Assembly (NCBI RefSeq): GCF_036321535.1
Contig: NC_087447.1
Span: 43,588,001 to 43,652,000 of the forward strand
DNA length: 64,000 nt
From: Camelus dromedarius
Lineage: Eukaryota
Reading direction: 5' to 3'
In this document: piece by piece, positions 60,351 through 64,000 of the stretch
Position numbering within the stretch: position 1 is the first letter of the stretch
How the letters are laid out: the number at the start of each line of letters is the position of its first letter
Notes under the pieces: model-generated
Seen by the model: only the letters and a program-made list of their open reading frames with translations
The model's database searches: none
Told to the model about the DNA's origin: nothing
Made by a program: the position numbers and the translations under genes

Positions 60351-63295
60351 AAAAAATCCCCTTCACCACAACCAAAATAAATCGCCAAATAGATGATTCT
60401 TAAGGTTTTTAAAAATCACTTTTTTTAAACTCACCATATAAAACCAGTTTCTAAAAAAAAAAAAATGAAAAAATTTAAAACAAACTAAAGAAATCACAAA
60501 GGGAAAGTTGCTGAACCTCATTATACATAAACTTAAAAATTTCATATATCAAGGTAAAATTAGGCAACAAACCTAAAAAAGTCAGAATTTTTAGACATAG
60601 TTTAATATCTTCATATATACAGAACAGAGAGGAATCTATGAGACATTAAGTAACTGATTAAAAGCTATTAGCAACTAAATAAAAATGGGCAAATATGCAC
60701 ACAGTTCACAAAAGAAGAAATCAAATGACAAACATATAAACTAAATTAACAATGAAAATCTAACTTTTTGGAGGTCTGTAAAGCTAGAGAACTTTAAAGA
60801 AACGCTGCAAACACTTCATGCTGACAAGGTTGCAGGTGTAGTAGGCACTCATTGCACAGCAGTGCCGACTGGAATGTCAATCAGCAAGACGGAAAAACGA
60901 TCATAACATTTATTCTTCTGTAACCTGAGAGAGTTCTTATGAAGTGTCATTACCAAATATTATATTTAAAAAAACCAATTTCATTGGAAAAAGGGGATTG
61001 GGCCTGGAGACTTTCAGTGACAAAGAACTTTTCCTATAGGATTATTGGTGACAACATTTTTTGACAACATTTTTTAAGGCTATACCTAAATATCTATAAA
61101 CTATCAATACCAGAGGACATTAGCATATAATTAGATTGCATTTCTGCTTAAGAGTAAGAAAGGCCTTTCTTTCCCACCAGCAAACTCACTTTTGTTACCA
61201 CAAGCAGAGTCATGATCAATTACATGCTCATCGGGACTTTATCCCCGCTCTCCTTGTCATCCATGGTGAGGTGAGGCGTTAACAAAGCACAAAGACACCC
61301 AAACAAAGCACCCCTGTGGCTGGAACTGCCGCTCTGCCTCAGGCAGAGAAAGTTCCTGACCTTGGATGCCCCATACCAGTGACCGGCAGACTGTCAATGG
61401 GCTCCCTAACCCTGCAGTCCTCCTCTAAGGAAAAATGCCTAAGGGTCTCAGAAAAGATCTTACGCCCGAGCAGCAATCCCCCTTACAAAAAGGAATACAC
61501 ACATGTACCTGTATGACTGAAATATTATGCTGTACACGAGAAATTGACACCACATTGTAAACTAACAATACTTACATTAAAAAAAAATCAATCCTTAAGA
61601 AAAGCCGGAAGTGGAACAAAGATTAATCATTCTAGCTTATGGTGGCTTTATTTTTTCATCTCAGAACAATCCGAAACATTGGCGCCTAGGCTGGGACAGT
61701 TGCTAAGTAAATGACAGTACTCTGTGGCATAGGTAAGTCTCCTCTGGCTCACTTTCTAATGGCTCTGAATTGGTCTCTGCCTTCTCACCACATTCTTAGA
61801 TTCTCTAGCCTCTAAAAGCTACTGTTTACTGAGCATTTACACTTGTGATTAGAAGGGCCACCACCACTCCGTGATTCTTGGGGAGCAGGTGCAGGGGCTA
61901 CACATCCTTAGGTTTCTCTGCAAGGCGCCCTGAGGATGGGTCTGGGGATGCCCAGCAAAGGTCCTGAGTGTGTACATGGGCGTGCCAGGCAAAACCTAGA
62001 AACCCGAGCAGGGCAGGGCGGGGAAGTGGGGTGTGCTTCCCTTCCACGGGGGTGCAGGTCTATGAATAATGTGCCGCATCAGGGAAACATTCTTCTCTCT
62101 TCACTGGGATCTAGGCTGTACTATTTCTAGAACTAATCTGTGAGTTGTGCACATCTTCCTTGGAAATTACCTGCACATGGCACTGATGAACAGCAATCTC
62201 AGGGGGAGGAAATTTCAGAGTTAAACCTTACTTTTTGTCATTTGGTTAGATGTGCAATGTTACAGTCGAATCCTAAGGAAGGCCCCTGGAAGCCTCATCT
62301 TGGCTAAGTAACTCAGACTTCAGGAGCTATTCCGCTGGAGACAATCTATTGTAGGGATTGTATGATGGGAGCGGAGGATATGGAAAAGGGTTTCCCTAAG
62401 ACACAGGAGTAAAGATTTGCCTGAGCAGGTCGGAAGGAAGACAGTCTTCTCAGAGCAGGAGATCTGAGAAAGGAGGGGTAAAGCTGGGGACCAGAGGGTG
62501 TCCACCAGGGTGGTCTCTGGAAAAGTTTCAGTTTTTAAAAGCTTTTTCATCAGGGCATGATGAATGTTTGATCCCTTTACAACCCCCTCCAGGTAACACT
62601 TTCAGGAAAGTTTGGCACAGTGCATTATGAGGGATAAGGGCAGATGCACCCCGCTCCACCAACATCCTTCTGCAGAGGTCTGTGTGGAAGGAGGAGGCTA
62701 ACCCAGAGGCAGGTGAAGCCCTCTTTCCCAAATCTCCTGGGGGAAGGTGACCTTTCAATGGCGGACAGCTGACGCTAGGGTTAGATGTGCAGTAGCTTAG
62801 AGAGTCCTCGTAAGAACTTAAACCAACACTTCTCTTGACACCACTTCCCCCCCATCCCACTTCACAAATGAGGAAACTGAGCTATAGAGAAAGTTTAGGG
62901 CTCATCGCTAGGAAGTGGTTGAGCAGAGATTCCAACCCAGGTCTCTGATTCCAGAATCTGTGCTCCTAGTGGCTGTGGCAGAGCTTCTCAACCTAGCATG
63001 GCAAGGCCCTGCTGGGACTGGACTACAGACGCACAGAGCTGCTGAGGTCCTGGGGGAGGACAGGGTGCCCACTTCCCACCCCAGCACCTCTGGCTGTAGG
63101 GAGCCTCTTGCCTTTACCTGAGTGCACCTGTAAATAAGCACGAGCAAGCAAGGTCTACTCGTGACCAACGGGAAAGGCTGAGAAGCTCTGCCCCAGGGGC
63201 TCCTGCCTTCCATCTCTGCATCCAGCTCCAGTCCCCACTCTGCCCTGGCCAAGATTTTACACAGTTCTTTGTGGATGGACTCCAGGGAGCCTTAC

Positions 63296-63424
63296 CTTTT
63301 CTGACCCTTGGGGTCTCTGGGCCTGGAGAGTCTTGGCCCTGCAGTTGCCCGGAGCCCGCCCCGTCGAAACTCGGCCACCCCTGGAGCATCAGTGTTGAAA
63401 TTTCCTGATTGAGTTCTTCGGATT
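63296..63424 (-). CDS. PPFIBP2: Liprin-beta-2 exon (pre-SAM region)
   Basis: cag/gtaagg on -, phase 2-2; IRRTQSGNFNTDAPGVAEFRRGGLRATAGPRLSRPRDPKGQK. Confidence 0.92.
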
Positions 63425-64000
63425 CTGTGTGGAGAGGAATCCACAGAGACCCTGAGAGGGTAGGCTGAAAGCATGTAGTCAGTGCATCCCTCCTCCAGGG
63501 GCACAGACGGCCCTCCTTCCCAGGGCCTCCCCGGAGGTCAAGGATCAGGACCTGGGACAGCTCCTCAACCAGCCACCCCACCTCCACTCTAATCCAGCCT
63601 CTGGGATTGGGCCACTCCCTGTGGGGGGTCAATGTGAAGGCTGCTACCCAGTAGGAGGCCCCTGTTGCTGCCTCAGTTTGCAGACTGTGTCAGATGAGCC
63701 AGCAAGTCCTCAGTTCTCAGTCTTTAAAAATTTCTTAAGACACAGACTGACTCCTGAGAAGGAAGAAATTGGACTCATCCATATGCTTCTCCAAAGCACA
63801 CGTGGTGTGAGCTGCAGAGAATGTACTCAGGGTGTGTGGGATGGATCAATGCCTAAAATGAGTGACATGTAAGGCGGCTGGCTGTATTTTATGGATCCCT
63901 TTCACAGTGCTCCTCCTCTGGGCCCTGAAAAAGAACCCAAAGTCTTCTCTCTACACATGACCACCCTGTGTTTACTGCTGTTCCAACATCTAATGGAACA

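Noticed and set aside
1..64000. CRISPR arrays, operons or prokaryotic defence systems
   Set aside because: The sequence is spliced mammalian DNA; I saw no regularly spaced repeat-spacer array.

Overview
Mammalian genomic DNA, probably camelid (inferred from a ~125-bp tRNA-derived SINE family and L1 3' tails), covering the OVCH2-CYB5R2-PPFIBP2 locus. (1) OVCH2 on + (1361 to at least 12758): C-terminal part of the trypsin domain plus two CUB domains; the first exons are upstream of the window. (2) At 15.8-23.3 kb, five decayed pseudo-exons spell out, in order, a second trypsin-like domain (IVGG-like, SWPWQVSL, HC, D-x-A-x-L, C-x-VTGW, KDSC, GDSG-like, SWGLGCG, PGVF). This looks like a fossil of the two-protease ovochymase/oviductin architecture, and an EMC3 retrocopy is inserted inside it. 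(3) CYB5R2 on + (CpG island at ~35 kb, stop at 47503). A 21-nt upstream coding exon splices in frame to give a predicted 305-aa form with an N-terminal hydrophobic anchor. An antisense, pol-deleted ERV1-class provirus fills most of intron 1. (4) The 3' part of PPFIBP2 on - (SAM-domain exons) with two alternative C-termini. The long form appears to end at a bidirectional poly(A) signal (TTTATTgaAATAAA, 47711-47724) shared with CYB5R2. Exon boundaries were read by hand (AG/GT and phase). Homology calls come from recalled motifs and proteins, not from database searches. Repeat boundaries and family names are approximate.
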